Shown here one piece after another: positions 1 to 7,886 of a stretch of 49,956 nucleotides of DNA. The stretch comes from a virus, in IMG/VR virus record IMGVR_UViG_3300035698_021428; one strand, written 5' to 3'. The notes beneath the pieces are model-generated. The model worked only from the letters and a program-made list of their open reading frames with translations. It ran no database searches and had not been told where the DNA came from. The position numbers were made by a program, and so were the translations under genes. The number at the start of each line of letters is the position of its first letter. Positions within the stretch are counted from its first letter, which is position 1.

Positions 1-96
1 AAGCATCAAAATAAATCAGATGAATGGTGGAGAGATACATTTGGAATCTTTCCAGAAGAACTTGAATCAATTCGTAGTATTTTAGGATAAATCCAA

Positions 97-618
97 ATGC
101 CAAAGTTTGAAATAAAATCCAAAGAAATAATGTGTCGTCCTTTTGGTAAATGCGTTCGTTTGCTTGAGGATATACAAGGATGTCCTGGTAGTTTCGCCAA
201 CAGAAATACCAAGGATCTTATTTTATGCGATGGAAAAATTGAAACATCTGGAAAAGCAGATATAATCAATCTGGGGAATGTTCCTTCTGGCATATCATCA
301 GATGGTAAACAAGTTTTTATTGGTTTCTTCTACAAAATAGCACTACCAAATAACGTAATAATGTTTGTTCCTCAATATATGGTAAATATTATTGGCGGCG
401 AGCAAGATTACAAAGAAGAATATAATCGACAAAGAAACCAAATAAAACATGCGACTCCGTATGCCGAAGCTTGCAGCGATATTATTGCAGAAATCTTTAG
501 CAGAGAAATGAAAAAAGATCCAATAGGAAAGTGGGATTGCTTAAAACTACGAGCAGAAATAGAAAATGAATGTAATAAAGCCTGTGCAAAATCATGGTAT
601 CCCATAGAAAATTTGTAG
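97..618 (+). CDS. hypothetical protein (173 aa)
   Basis: Uninterrupted ORF; no recognisable motif; no clear SD. Confidence 0.4.
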   Translation: MPKFEIKSKEIMCRPFGKCVRLLEDIQGCPGSFANRNTKDLILCDGKIETSGKADIINLGNVPSGISSDGKQVFIGFFYKIALPNNVIMFVPQYMVNIIGGEQDYKEEYNRQRNQIKHATPYAEACSDIIAEIFSREMKKDPIGKWDCLKLRAEIENECNKACAKSWYPIENL

Positions 619-635
619 AAGTGAATAAGAATCTA

Positions 636-648
636 CTATAATAGCAAT
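636..648 (+). promoter_or_regulatory. CTATAATAGCAAT motif (extended -10-like TATAAT) abutting the lysS ATG; possible leaderless promoter
   Basis: Identical 13-mer recurs at 49653-49665, again immediately at an ATG; TATAAT core at 637-642; no SD between motif and ATG. Confidence 0.4.
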
Positions 649-1803
649 ATGACAACACCTAATTGGACAGAAGACGTTAGAGCAAAAGGTAACACAAAAA
701 TTACCTGGGCCAATCATCTTTGCGATGACGAGCAAGCGAACGTTGTCGGTCGCGTCGTTTTTGTTCGATCATTCGGTTCGTTGACCTTCATCGTTATCCG
801 CGATGCGGCAGATAGTATACAGATTGGACTGAAGGGCAAGATTGCTCCGCCGCCGATGTGGAGCATTATCTCCGTTCATGGCGTAACTGGTAAGACCAAG
901 AAGGGCGAGCATACTGTTTGGACAGAGAAGTTTGAGTTGCTTGCTGAATGCAACGGAAATATGCCTGACAAGTTTCATGGCATCGAAAATGCTGAATACA
1001 TTTACAACAATAGGCCAGCGCATCTTATCGCTAATCCTGATCATTCTCATAATCTAATGATGCGTAGCCGAATTATTCGGGAGCTTCGTAGACGGCTTGA
1101 AGATGTTCATGCCTTTATGGAAGTCGAAACTCCCTTATTGAACGATGAACCTACAGGTGCCAATGCTAAGCCGTTCATAACTCATCATAATGCAGAGAGC
1201 GAAGACAAGTACCTGAGAATTGCTCTTGAGGTTCCGCTGAAGAAAGCTATCATTGCAGGTTTTCCTAATGTTTTTGAAATCGGTCGTGTATTCAGGAATG
1301 AAGGCGTTGACCGAACTCACCGCCCTGAGTTTACGATGGTTGAGATGTATTCATCTCCTGGTACGCTACAGAACATGAAGGATCTGTTCATTGACCTTGT
1401 ATCTCATTTGCGTGGAGAGTATATCAAGATTCCGACCTATGAGTATGACGACCTTGTAGCTGAACATGGCGAAGATTTTGATGAGCATATGCAGGAACTT
1501 TGCTTCGTCGCTGGTCAGCCTCTTGAACAGACACCGCTTTGCAAGGCTCGTGCTGATGGAAAGGCTGATAGGTTCGAGATCTTCGGTAGAGGCTTCGAGA
1601 TCGCCAACGCTTTTCAGGAGGTTCATACCGCCGAGGAACAGAGAGAGCGTCTTAGCGGCCAAACAGAAGGCTCTGATGACGGCTTGATTGGCGCTCTTGA
1701 GTACGGAATGGCTCCAACAGGCGGAATGGGTATCGGTATTGACCGATTGGTTATGTACCTGCTTGAAATAAACAATGTAAGAGACGTAATTCTTTTTCCA
1801 TAA
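649..1803 (+). CDS. lysS: lysyl-tRNA synthetase, class II (compact, 384 aa)
   Basis: N-terminal OB-fold-like VVGRVVFVRSFG...IRD; motif 2 FRNEGVDRTHRPEFTMVEMY; motif 3 GGMGIGIDRLVMYL...RDVILFP, all matching recalled LysRS signatures; ~75 aa shorter between motifs 2 and 3 than E. coli LysS. Confidence 0.85.
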   Translation: MTTPNWTEDVRAKGNTKITWANHLCDDEQANVVGRVVFVRSFGSLTFIVIRDAADSIQIGLKGKIAPPPMWSIISVHGVTGKTKKGEHTVWTEKFELLAECNGNMPDKFHGIENAEYIYNNRPAHLIANPDHSHNLMMRSRIIRELRRRLEDVHAFMEVETPLLNDEPTGANAKPFITHHNAESEDKYLRIALEVPLKKAIIAGFPNVFEIGRVFRNEGVDRTHRPEFTMVEMYSSPGTLQNMKDLFIDLVSHLRGEYIKIPTYEYDDLVAEHGEDFDEHMQELCFVAGQPLEQTPLCKARADGKADRFEIFGRGFEIANAFQEVHTAEEQRERLSGQTEGSDDGLIGALEYGMAPTGGMGIGIDRLVMYLLEINNVRDVILFP

Positions 1804-1844
1804 AGAATTCAGTTTAATTTATACAATAAGTCGATAAAAAAGTT

Positions 1845-2036
1845 ATGGCAATCAATGATATTAAGAAACTAGGAGATCAGCTAGCAGGGCTCAAGACTCC
1901 TCAGGAAGCTCGTCAAGTTGGGCAGTCGCTTGATGCTGCTCTCAATGGACAAGAACCGCCAACAGCAGGAGAAGCCATTACAAAGGATCCTGCGCCAACT
2001 CAGCCGCCTTTATCAGCGGCAGCACGCCATCAGTGA
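1845..2036 (+). CDS. hypothetical small protein (63 aa); 3' end overlaps a tRNA gene
   Basis: ORF only; overlaps tRNA at 2026. Confidence 0.25.
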   Translation: MAINDIKKLGDQLAGLKTPQEARQVGQSLDAALNGQEPPTAGEAITKDPAPTQPPLSAAARHQ

Positions 2037-2112
2037 GCGGCAGGACGCTCACCAGCCTCCTAAGCTGGCTCCTTCGAGAGAAGGTTTCTAGGTTCGAATC
2101 CTAGTGATGGCG
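2026..2112 (+). tRNA. type II (long variable arm) tRNA, apparent anticodon CCU (reads AGG); identity uncertain
   Basis: Hand fold: acceptor gccatca/tgatggc perfect 7 bp; D-stem gagc/gctc; anticodon stem ccagc/gctgg with loop ctCCTaa; 19-nt variable arm with ccttc/gaagg stem; T-arm ctagg-ttcgaat-cctag; discriminator G. Confidence 0.6.
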
Positions 2113-2130
2113 CTTTGACTAACAGATATT

Positions 2131-5115
2131 TTATGCTTCTCTTGCGGCTAAATATATTTTGTTATCTGCAAGTTGAACAAAAGTTAGCGGCATTCCGCCT
2201 AAAGCGGCTTCATAATACGCAACTGGAGTGCCTGTAACTTGCGTAAAAATAAGTTGGTTGTTTGCATTTACTGATAATGGAACTCCATTCCATGTAGTAG
2301 AATATGCAACTTGCGTTAAATAATTTCCAAGATCTTGTTCTTCAGTTATTGGCATATATCTTCTATTTTGGCTATCTATATATGTAGCAAATCGAGTGCC
2401 TTTATAAACAAAAGTTTGCGAATGTAGGTTTGCTGATTGGTTTTCAACCCAAACTCCAAGAGAGTTTTGACCAAGAGAATTTGTAAAATAAGTTGATGAT
2501 ATTCCTCCTAGAGAGACTACTCCTCCTGTTTCTGTAAAATCAGTTGAATAAACTACATTGAGACTATGGTCTTCGCTACTATTGGCAACTATAGCAATAG
2601 GATTTCCTCCTATTCTAACTGCATGATTTGCCATAATAGTAAAATTACTTACTGTAGAAGCAGCGGGCGGTAATGGCGTTGTTATCTCTTCAGGAACAAT
2701 TAGTATGGCAGCAGCCTTTGTTCCTGCTGGTTGACCGAATATAGTAGAAAATGGATCTTGTCCGCCGCTGCCGCCTTCGCCTGCTCCGACAGCGCTCGTT
2801 GCTCCTACATGAATATATCCAGCAGGCCAAGATCCATTAATAATACCTTCTATGTTTTGGCTTCCGCTAATTAAGCCAGTTAATATCAATGCTCGGCCTC
2901 TCGGCGGCGTAGAAACAGAAACTAATCGTCTTCCTGCTGCGGCAGTTACGCTAATAGTGCTTGCAACAGAAACAGTATCATCGACATCTATTTTCCAAAC
3001 ACCGACACCTGCAAAGAGAGTTGTTGCGCTCATTGTTACTATAAGATCCCCAGTAGAAGATGCTTGGACTTTATACCATTGAGTATGAAATCGATTAGAT
3101 GCTGAACTCGCATTGTCATCAGCAAGCTCTATAGTATCAAGATCGATTTCTCCGCCTGTTGGGGTTGTGTCATATACGGTACCTGCAACATCTAAAGTAA
3201 TAACATCTTTAAGCGTTCCGTCATTCATGACAGATATAACGCCAACAATATATTCACCTGTTGCAGCAAAAGCATTTGAAATTGTTTTTGTTGTAAAGTT
3301 GACAGTAGAAGCTTCAAATGCTTTGAATGCTGTTTCTGAACCATGATCAGAATAAACGTTTCTATCTACAGAAGAAGTGTTGGTAAGAGTTGCGCTCTCA
3401 GCAGTTGAATCTATTGTGAAATCATATTCTTGACTTGGATCAATCCCGCTAAAAGATGTTCCAAAACGAGCATTATTTGCCCTGGAAAGAGCTTGAGACT
3501 GAGTTAGCTCTGTTCCGTCCCATATAGCAATTCTGTTTACCTGGCAAGGCGCAGAATCATCATAATTTGTGCCATCGAAACGAACGCCTGAGGTTGTTAT
3601 TTTTGAATTTCCTGTACCGCCATAACTGTCTGCTGTCTTTGTTCCTAATCCTCCGAGCACAACTTCGTACTGAAAATCTTTAACAAGTTTACCATTTATA
3701 TAGATAAGCCAATGGCCATTGCCATCATGTGTTAATAAAATATGATATTCTTTTCCTGGCATAAGAGGTATGCCAGAGTTGAGATTATAGCTATTGATAC
3801 TTCCGCCTGTTCTCTCGATGGAAAGATAATTAAATTGCATACATCTCAGAACTAGGCCTTTCCAACCGTTAGCATCTGGATCTACTGTTGCAATATATAA
3901 ACCTCCATTGAATTCATTTGCTACAGCAAGACCAGTTGGAGGAACTTGGGGGTCGCCTTCTCCTAGAAGAAGCAAAGGATGAAGGATGCCCTCGCTATTG
4001 CCATCTACAATTCCATCTGTATCGAGAGGATATCTAGGGATGCCATACCATTCCATTGTTGATGGGCCAGCGTCTATAGAGTTATTTGCAAGAACAATTC
4101 GACCATCAGAGTTATTTAGCTTAACAGCTTTTGTATTTCCTTGAGCTAAATTTTCTTCTTCTTGTCCTGATAATTCAGAAAAAACTAAGGCATAATAGTT
4201 TCTTCCTGAAATATTGTAATCGCTATTAACAGTTATACCAGAAGCAGAAATGCCTACTATTTGACTATCTGTTTTTATAACGAGAGTCCCCCCTCCATCG
4301 TCATCAAGTATCTTGTAGTTATTTGAAAGCATGTCTTTTGTAATAAAAGCATGCGGCTCAATATTTAGGTTTCCTGCTGTATTGGGACCATCTATAATAA
4401 AAGCGGCAGAGCCATTTGTTGCTATAGAAATAACTCTTCCGTTTGAACCATCGCCTGTCCATGAAACAACTTCAAAATCACTTACAGGAGACTGCGTTGT
4501 AAAGAAAGCTAAAGCTTCTATACCTTCACCTAGAGATATGCCGTTATTTTGATTAACCTCAACATCACCTGTTAAAGTAATAGTTCCGTTTCCCAAAGCA
4601 GAAATACGGGCAGCAATGCCTCCTCCATAATCCATATGGATGTTATTTGGCATTGCCTGCGCATAAACAATGGCAGGCTGACTGCTATCCCTCTTTACAA
4701 AAACAGCTTGAGGAGTTGCGTTCTCATTACTGAAAGAGATAGTTCTGTCTGCTGTAGCGTTGCCTATCCAGGAGGTCTCTCTGAACATTCCGGAGCCATT
4801 ATCTTTTATGGCAAGATAATAATAAGCTATTCCGTCTACATTCGCATTTTCTGAAGCTCTGAATCCTTTTCCGTTGAATGGGTCAAAAACATGTCCGCCT
4901 AAAGGACCAATAGCCTCTTCGGAAGGACTAGCATCGAATCTTTGCGATCGACCATGCCATGAAATATTCGTTTTCCAAATAACTGGCAAATCACTAGCTG
5001 GAGCTATGATAACTAAATCAGGTTCAAAATCAAGATTGATAGCAAGCGATTCAGAGGAAACACCAGTATTACGAGATCCAGTATATGTTCCGACAGCAAT
5101 TAGGGGGGATGGCAT
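2131..5115 (-). CDS. large structural protein with LamG/concanavalin-like domain (tail-fibre or receptor-binding-like), 994 aa
   Basis: 994-aa ORF, Gly/Ser/Thr/Asn-rich, no signal peptide; segment GKEYHILLTHDGNGHWLIYINGKLV resembles LamG jelly-roll; SD-like aagga upstream of ATG. Confidence 0.55.
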   Translation of the reverse strand: MPSPLIAVGTYTGSRNTGVSSESLAINLDFEPDLVIIAPASDLPVIWKTNISWHGRSQRFDASPSEEAIGPLGGHVFDPFNGKGFRASENANVDGIAYYYLAIKDNGSGMFRETSWIGNATADRTISFSNENATPQAVFVKRDSSQPAIVYAQAMPNNIHMDYGGGIAARISALGNGTITLTGDVEVNQNNGISLGEGIEALAFFTTQSPVSDFEVVSWTGDGSNGRVISIATNGSAAFIIDGPNTAGNLNIEPHAFITKDMLSNNYKILDDDGGGTLVIKTDSQIVGISASGITVNSDYNISGRNYYALVFSELSGQEEENLAQGNTKAVKLNNSDGRIVLANNSIDAGPSTMEWYGIPRYPLDTDGIVDGNSEGILHPLLLLGEGDPQVPPTGLAVANEFNGGLYIATVDPDANGWKGLVLRCMQFNYLSIERTGGSINSYNLNSGIPLMPGKEYHILLTHDGNGHWLIYINGKLVKDFQYEVVLGGLGTKTADSYGGTGNSKITTSGVRFDGTNYDDSAPCQVNRIAIWDGTELTQSQALSRANNARFGTSFSGIDPSQEYDFTIDSTAESATLTNTSSVDRNVYSDHGSETAFKAFEASTVNFTTKTISNAFAATGEYIVGVISVMNDGTLKDVITLDVAGTVYDTTPTGGEIDLDTIELADDNASSASNRFHTQWYKVQASSTGDLIVTMSATTLFAGVGVWKIDVDDTVSVASTISVTAAAGRRLVSVSTPPRGRALILTGLISGSQNIEGIINGSWPAGYIHVGATSAVGAGEGGSGGQDPFSTIFGQPAGTKAAAILIVPEEITTPLPPAASTVSNFTIMANHAVRIGGNPIAIVANSSEDHSLNVVYSTDFTETGGVVSLGGISSTYFTNSLGQNSLGVWVENQSANLHSQTFVYKGTRFATYIDSQNRRYMPITEEQDLGNYLTQVAYSTTWNGVPLSVNANNQLIFTQVTGTPVAYYEAALGGMPLTFVQLADNKIYLAAREA

Positions 5116-5250
5116 AAAATAAGTTCCTTAATAGTGATCTACTATAGTAATCGACATATTAGCTATTTTGATACACATCAGTCTTTTTCCTTTACTGGTG
5201 AGATTTTTGTGTGATAGAATATTTAAAGTCACCAAAAAAGGAAAGCGATT

Positions 5251-5457
5251 ATGGAAGAATTTATCGAACCTGAAATTGAAACCGGCATTCCCTGCTATAT
5301 CTGCGGAAAGCATTCAGGACTTGATTGCGCTGGAAGAGCGCCAGATGAAGCAACCAAATGCAAATTCTGTTTCAAGAAATGGTTGGACGAAGAACGTAGA
5401 TCACAAGAAGAACACGAAAAAGCCTATTTTAAAAAGCTCAATGACGAAAAATCCTAA
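5251..5457 (+). CDS. small zinc-ribbon-like protein (68 aa)
   Basis: CYICGK...C..C...CKFC pattern; SD aaaggaaag upstream. Confidence 0.5.
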   Translation: MEEFIEPEIETGIPCYICGKHSGLDCAGRAPDEATKCKFCFKKWLDEERRSQEEHEKAYFKKLNDEKS

Positions 5458-5590
5458 CAATATACGAACTGCGTGGAATACGATTATTTACAAAGAAATA
5501 CTCCGATGAGGAAGGAAGTGTAGATCGCAGGGGGTATACTCATCAAGCAGAGTTGAAAGCCACTGACCATCAGCGGCAAGGAATAGAACA

Positions 5591-5707
5591 ATGAAGAATG
5601 CAATGAACTCAACATGCGGGACGACAGGAACGACACAAAGCGGCGGCGGTAGCTGCGGTTTTACATCGTCCCATACCCCAACGAGGTCTTGCCCTTCAGG
5701 TTTGTAA
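5591..5707 (+). CDS. small Cys/Gly/Thr-rich peptide (38 aa) MKNAMNSTCGTTGTTQSGGGSCGFTSSHTPTRSCPSGL
   Basis: SD aagga 8 nt upstream; followed by intrinsic terminator; overlaps an antisense ORF so coding status uncertain. Confidence 0.25.
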   Translation: MKNAMNSTCGTTGTTQSGGGSCGFTSSHTPTRSCPSGL

Positions 5708-5737
5708 CATAATACAGACAATCAGAAGAGACGTAAG

Positions 5738-5762
5738 GCCTAGTTGAAAGACTAGGCTTTTT
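5738..5762 (+). terminator. rho-independent terminator
   Basis: gcctagt-tgaaag-actaggc hairpin followed by TTTTT. Confidence 0.6.
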
Positions 5763-5775
5763 CGTTTAACAGTAT

Positions 5776-5850
5776 GGCCGTCTACCAAAAATGGACAAAC
5801 GGCTCTGATTGCAAATCAGATGTGTGCGAGTTCGAGTCTCGCGGCGGCCT
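5776..5850 (+). tRNA. tRNA-Cys (GCA)
   Basis: Acceptor ggccgtc/ggcggcc (one G.U); anticodon stem tctga/tcaga with loop ttGCAaa; T-arm gcgag-ttcgagt-ctcgc; discriminator U as expected for Cys; weak D-stem. Confidence 0.65.
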
Positions 5851-5863
5851 TTGGAGAAATATC

Positions 5864-6052
5864 ATGAAAAAACCAACACTGGTTATAGGGACAATTGGAC
5901 ATGACGATCATGGAAAAACCAGCCTTACTCATGCCATGATGCTGAGAGCTAAAGCAAAAGGTAGAAACATAAACGTAGGTTGCGACATGGGCATGACTGA
6001 ACAAGGAAAATATCTGCTAGACAAAATATCTAGCATGAATAAAGATCAATAA
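5864..6052 (+). CDS. EF-Tu N-terminal (G1 P-loop) like fragment, 62 aa
   Basis: Strong SD ggagaa; KPTLVIGTIGHDDHGKTSLT matches EF-Tu VNVGTIGHVDHGKTTLT; diverges after ~30 aa; the listed ORF start at 5774 lies inside the tRNA-Cys gene and is rejected. Confidence 0.5.
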   Translation: MKKPTLVIGTIGHDDHGKTSLTHAMMLRAKAKGRNINVGCDMGMTEQGKYLLDKISSMNKDQ

Positions 6053-6071
6053 AATTAGCAGGTATGGCATA

Positions 6072-6491
6072 TTGGCTGTGCATCACTCTTCCAAGGTGAA
6101 TAAAGGAGTTCGATTCTCCTTACCTGCTTTAGAAAGGAAAATTACAAACGAGTTCCAACCAATAGATAAAAGAGAATTTGATGGATGGCTTGACCCAAAA
6201 GGAAACTTCTATCAAACCCGATGTCATATAACATGGGCATCCGAAGATATAAAATACGAGAATAAAGAACTCTACAAAGCGTACAGGAAATGGTTCAGAC
6301 AAAGAAAATGCTTATCGAGTGAAACAGCGGTTGAATTTTTGATGAAGTATCATGGTTGGTGGAAGAGATCATCGATCGCAAATAGCAAATTGTGGTTGGG
6401 AGAAATGCCAGCTACTACTGCTCAAAGAAGATACATCAACAACGACATGGGCGAAAGACAGGATAACGGATATTTTGAAAAAGGATATTAG
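6072..6491 (+). CDS. hypothetical protein (139 aa)
   Basis: ORF; ends at TAG 8 nt before tRNA-Gly. Confidence 0.45.
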   Translation: MAVHHSSKVNKGVRFSLPALERKITNEFQPIDKREFDGWLDPKGNFYQTRCHITWASEDIKYENKELYKAYRKWFRQRKCLSSETAVEFLMKYHGWWKRSSIANSKLWLGEMPATTAQRRYINNDMGERQDNGYFEKGY

Positions 6492-6498
6492 GTAAAAA

Positions 6499-6570
6499 GC
6501 GAGATTGATGTTAATGGTAGCATGACTGACTTCCACTCAGTTCGTATCAGTTCAAATCTGGTATCTCGCA
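6499..6570 (+). tRNA. tRNA-Gly (TCC)
   Basis: Acceptor gcgagat/atctcgc; D-stem atgt/gcat; anticodon stem actga/tcagt with loop ctTCCac; T-arm atcag-ttcaaat-ctggt. Confidence 0.75.
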
Positions 6571-6648
6571 TTTGGGCACAAGCTCATCGGAGACTTCGGT
6601 CTTCAACGTTTTTGACAAGTGAATAGTTAGTTTTAAGTAATTTTCATT

Positions 6649-6679
6649 CCGCGGCGAAGGTTCGCCCTGCCGCGGTTTT
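6649..6679 (+). terminator. GC-rich hairpin followed by TTTT, immediately upstream of the tRNA
   Basis: ccgcggc...gccgcgg followed by tttt. Confidence 0.4.
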
Positions 6680-6762
6680 GCTGATGTGAGCCGAATTGGT
6701 AAGGCAGCACTCTTGTAAAGTGCCGAGGAAACTCACTGCAGGTTCGAGTCCTGTCATCAGCT
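6680..6762 (+). tRNA. type II tRNA, anticodon loop cttgtaa (reads as UGU/Thr in a 7-nt loop; Tyr-like architecture); identity uncertain
   Basis: Acceptor gctgatg/catcagc perfect; anticodon stem gcact/agtgc; 14-nt variable arm with gag/ctc stem; T-arm gcagg-ttcgagt-cctgt. Confidence 0.6.
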
Positions 6763-6769
6763 TTCAAAC

Positions 6770-7010
6770 GAGAAGGAGAACAGCCAACCCATCGCTCTAC
6801 CCGTCACTGTTTCCATACGGATGAGAGGAAGGTCAGGACTGCACTTCGCAAAAACTCAGGAGGCCGTAAAATAGCCGTTCGAACTGGGGAGGCAGCAACC
6901 TCAAACAAGCCTAGCGTGGGCGAAGCGCTATAATGGTTGGGTTGGGGGCCACAAGATAAATGATGGGATAGAACAGGATCCTGCCTACGGGCACTTTCCT
7001 TCTCGTTTTT
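6770..7010 (+). ncRNA. candidate structured RNA (unassigned)
   Basis: ~240 nt with no credible ORF; 5' cgagaaggag pairs with 3' ttccttctcg (9/10) followed by TTTTT; internal GTTCGAA T-loop-like element and a gctataatgg -10-like box. Confidence 0.2.
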
Positions 7011-7031
7011 CAGTAGCATTGGTGTTAACGA

Positions 7032-7382
7032 TTAGCATTTCTGGTTATGTCTATTTTTTCTACCATTGCCTTTATTTAGATTACCGTAATTCGGCGTAAG
7101 AGAGTGACAATTAGGGCATAGTATTTCCAAATTAGTTTCTACATTATTTTTGTAGTTTCCATCTTTATGATGTATAGTAAGGGGCTTTTTGTTTGTAATT
7201 TTGTTTACTCTATCCCAATTACATTTTTCGCATTTTTCTCCTCGAATCAAATAAAGATATCTTCTAACAAAAGGTGAAATATTCTCGCCAGCTAGACCTG
7301 TTTTTTGTCCATTTTTCCATTTGCTAACATTCGTTTTAAAAACAAATTCCGAACTACATTTACGAGAGCAACATTTATTCAA
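7032..7382 (-). CDS. HNH endonuclease (116 aa)
   Basis: HHKDGNYKNNVETNLEILCPNCH HNH signature with flanking Cys pairs. Confidence 0.75.
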   Translation of the reverse strand: MNKCCSRKCSSEFVFKTNVSKWKNGQKTGLAGENISPFVRRYLYLIRGEKCEKCNWDRVNKITNKKPLTIHHKDGNYKNNVETNLEILCPNCHSLTPNYGNLNKGNGRKNRHNQKC

Positions 7383-7452
7383 ATGAAAACTGACGAGTGA
7401 AAACTGAATGGACAGAACGAGAAGCTGTCGCCGGACGCATAACCGGCATTTT

Positions 7453-7552
7453 GTCTGCGTAGCTCAACGATAGAGCGCCCAACCTGCGATACAGTGTGCC
7501 CTTGGGAGACTGTCAGCTATGGGATGTTGCTGGTTCGAATCCAGTCGCAGAC
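7453..7552 (+). tRNA. tRNA-like gene (~100 nt) with canonical acceptor, D- and T-arms but an interrupted anticodon arm (possible 12-nt insertion/intron or degenerate); anticodon undetermined
   Basis: Acceptor gtctgcg/cgcagac perfect; D-stem gctc/gagc; T-arm gctgg-ttcgaat-ccagt; cccaa...ttggg could be the anticodon stem but encloses 19 nt; additional 22 nt before the T-stem. Confidence 0.4.
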
Positions 7553-7740
7553 TTTTTGGATCGTTAGAGGTCTTCCACAGTTTTTATTCGGGCACGAATA
7601 ATGTTATTCTGGATCAAAGGAAGAGCCGGGTCTTTAGCCCTGTAGGAATCGCTGTCAAGGCGAGGAATCTCGAAATCACATTATGCGCATATGTCTTCGA
7701 GCAACGAGATCGGTGAAAGGCCGGCATAACGATCTGATAT

Positions 7741-7813
7741 TCCGTCTTAGCTCAATTGGCAGAGCAGCATACTCGTAATATGCAGGTTATCGGTTCGATG
7801 CCGGTAGACGGAT
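7741..7813 (+). tRNA. tRNA-Thr (CGT)
   Basis: Acceptor tccgtct/agacgga; D-stem gctc/gagc; anticodon stem gcata/tatgc with loop ctCGTaa; T-arm atcgg-ttcgatg-ccggt. Confidence 0.75.
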
Positions 7814-7886
7814 TTTAGTGAAAAAGAAGGAAAGCCAATATCGGATTTATTCTCAAAAATTAATGCCAAATTAAATCGATAAACTT

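Noticed and set aside
2852-4854. Plus-strand ORFs (76-77 aa) inside the 994-aa minus-strand gene
   Set aside because: Antisense to a long, compositionally coherent ORF; no RBS.
5774-5863. ATG 5774 as the start of the EF-Tu-like ORF
   Set aside because: It lies inside tRNA-Cys (5776-5850). The downstream ATG 5864 has a strong GGAGAA RBS and begins the EF-Tu-like sequence.
6680-6762. Calling this type II tRNA tRNA-Tyr(GUA) on the basis of the tRNA-Gly-Tyr-Thr-tuf-like context
   Set aside because: With the only 5-bp anticodon stem (gcact/agtgc) the 7-nt loop is cttgtaa, so positions 34-36 are UGU, not GUA. Left as 'identity uncertain' rather than Tyr.
6804-7019. 71-aa minus-strand ORF
   Set aside because: It falls within the candidate structured-RNA segment, has a proline/serine-rich improbable sequence and no RBS.
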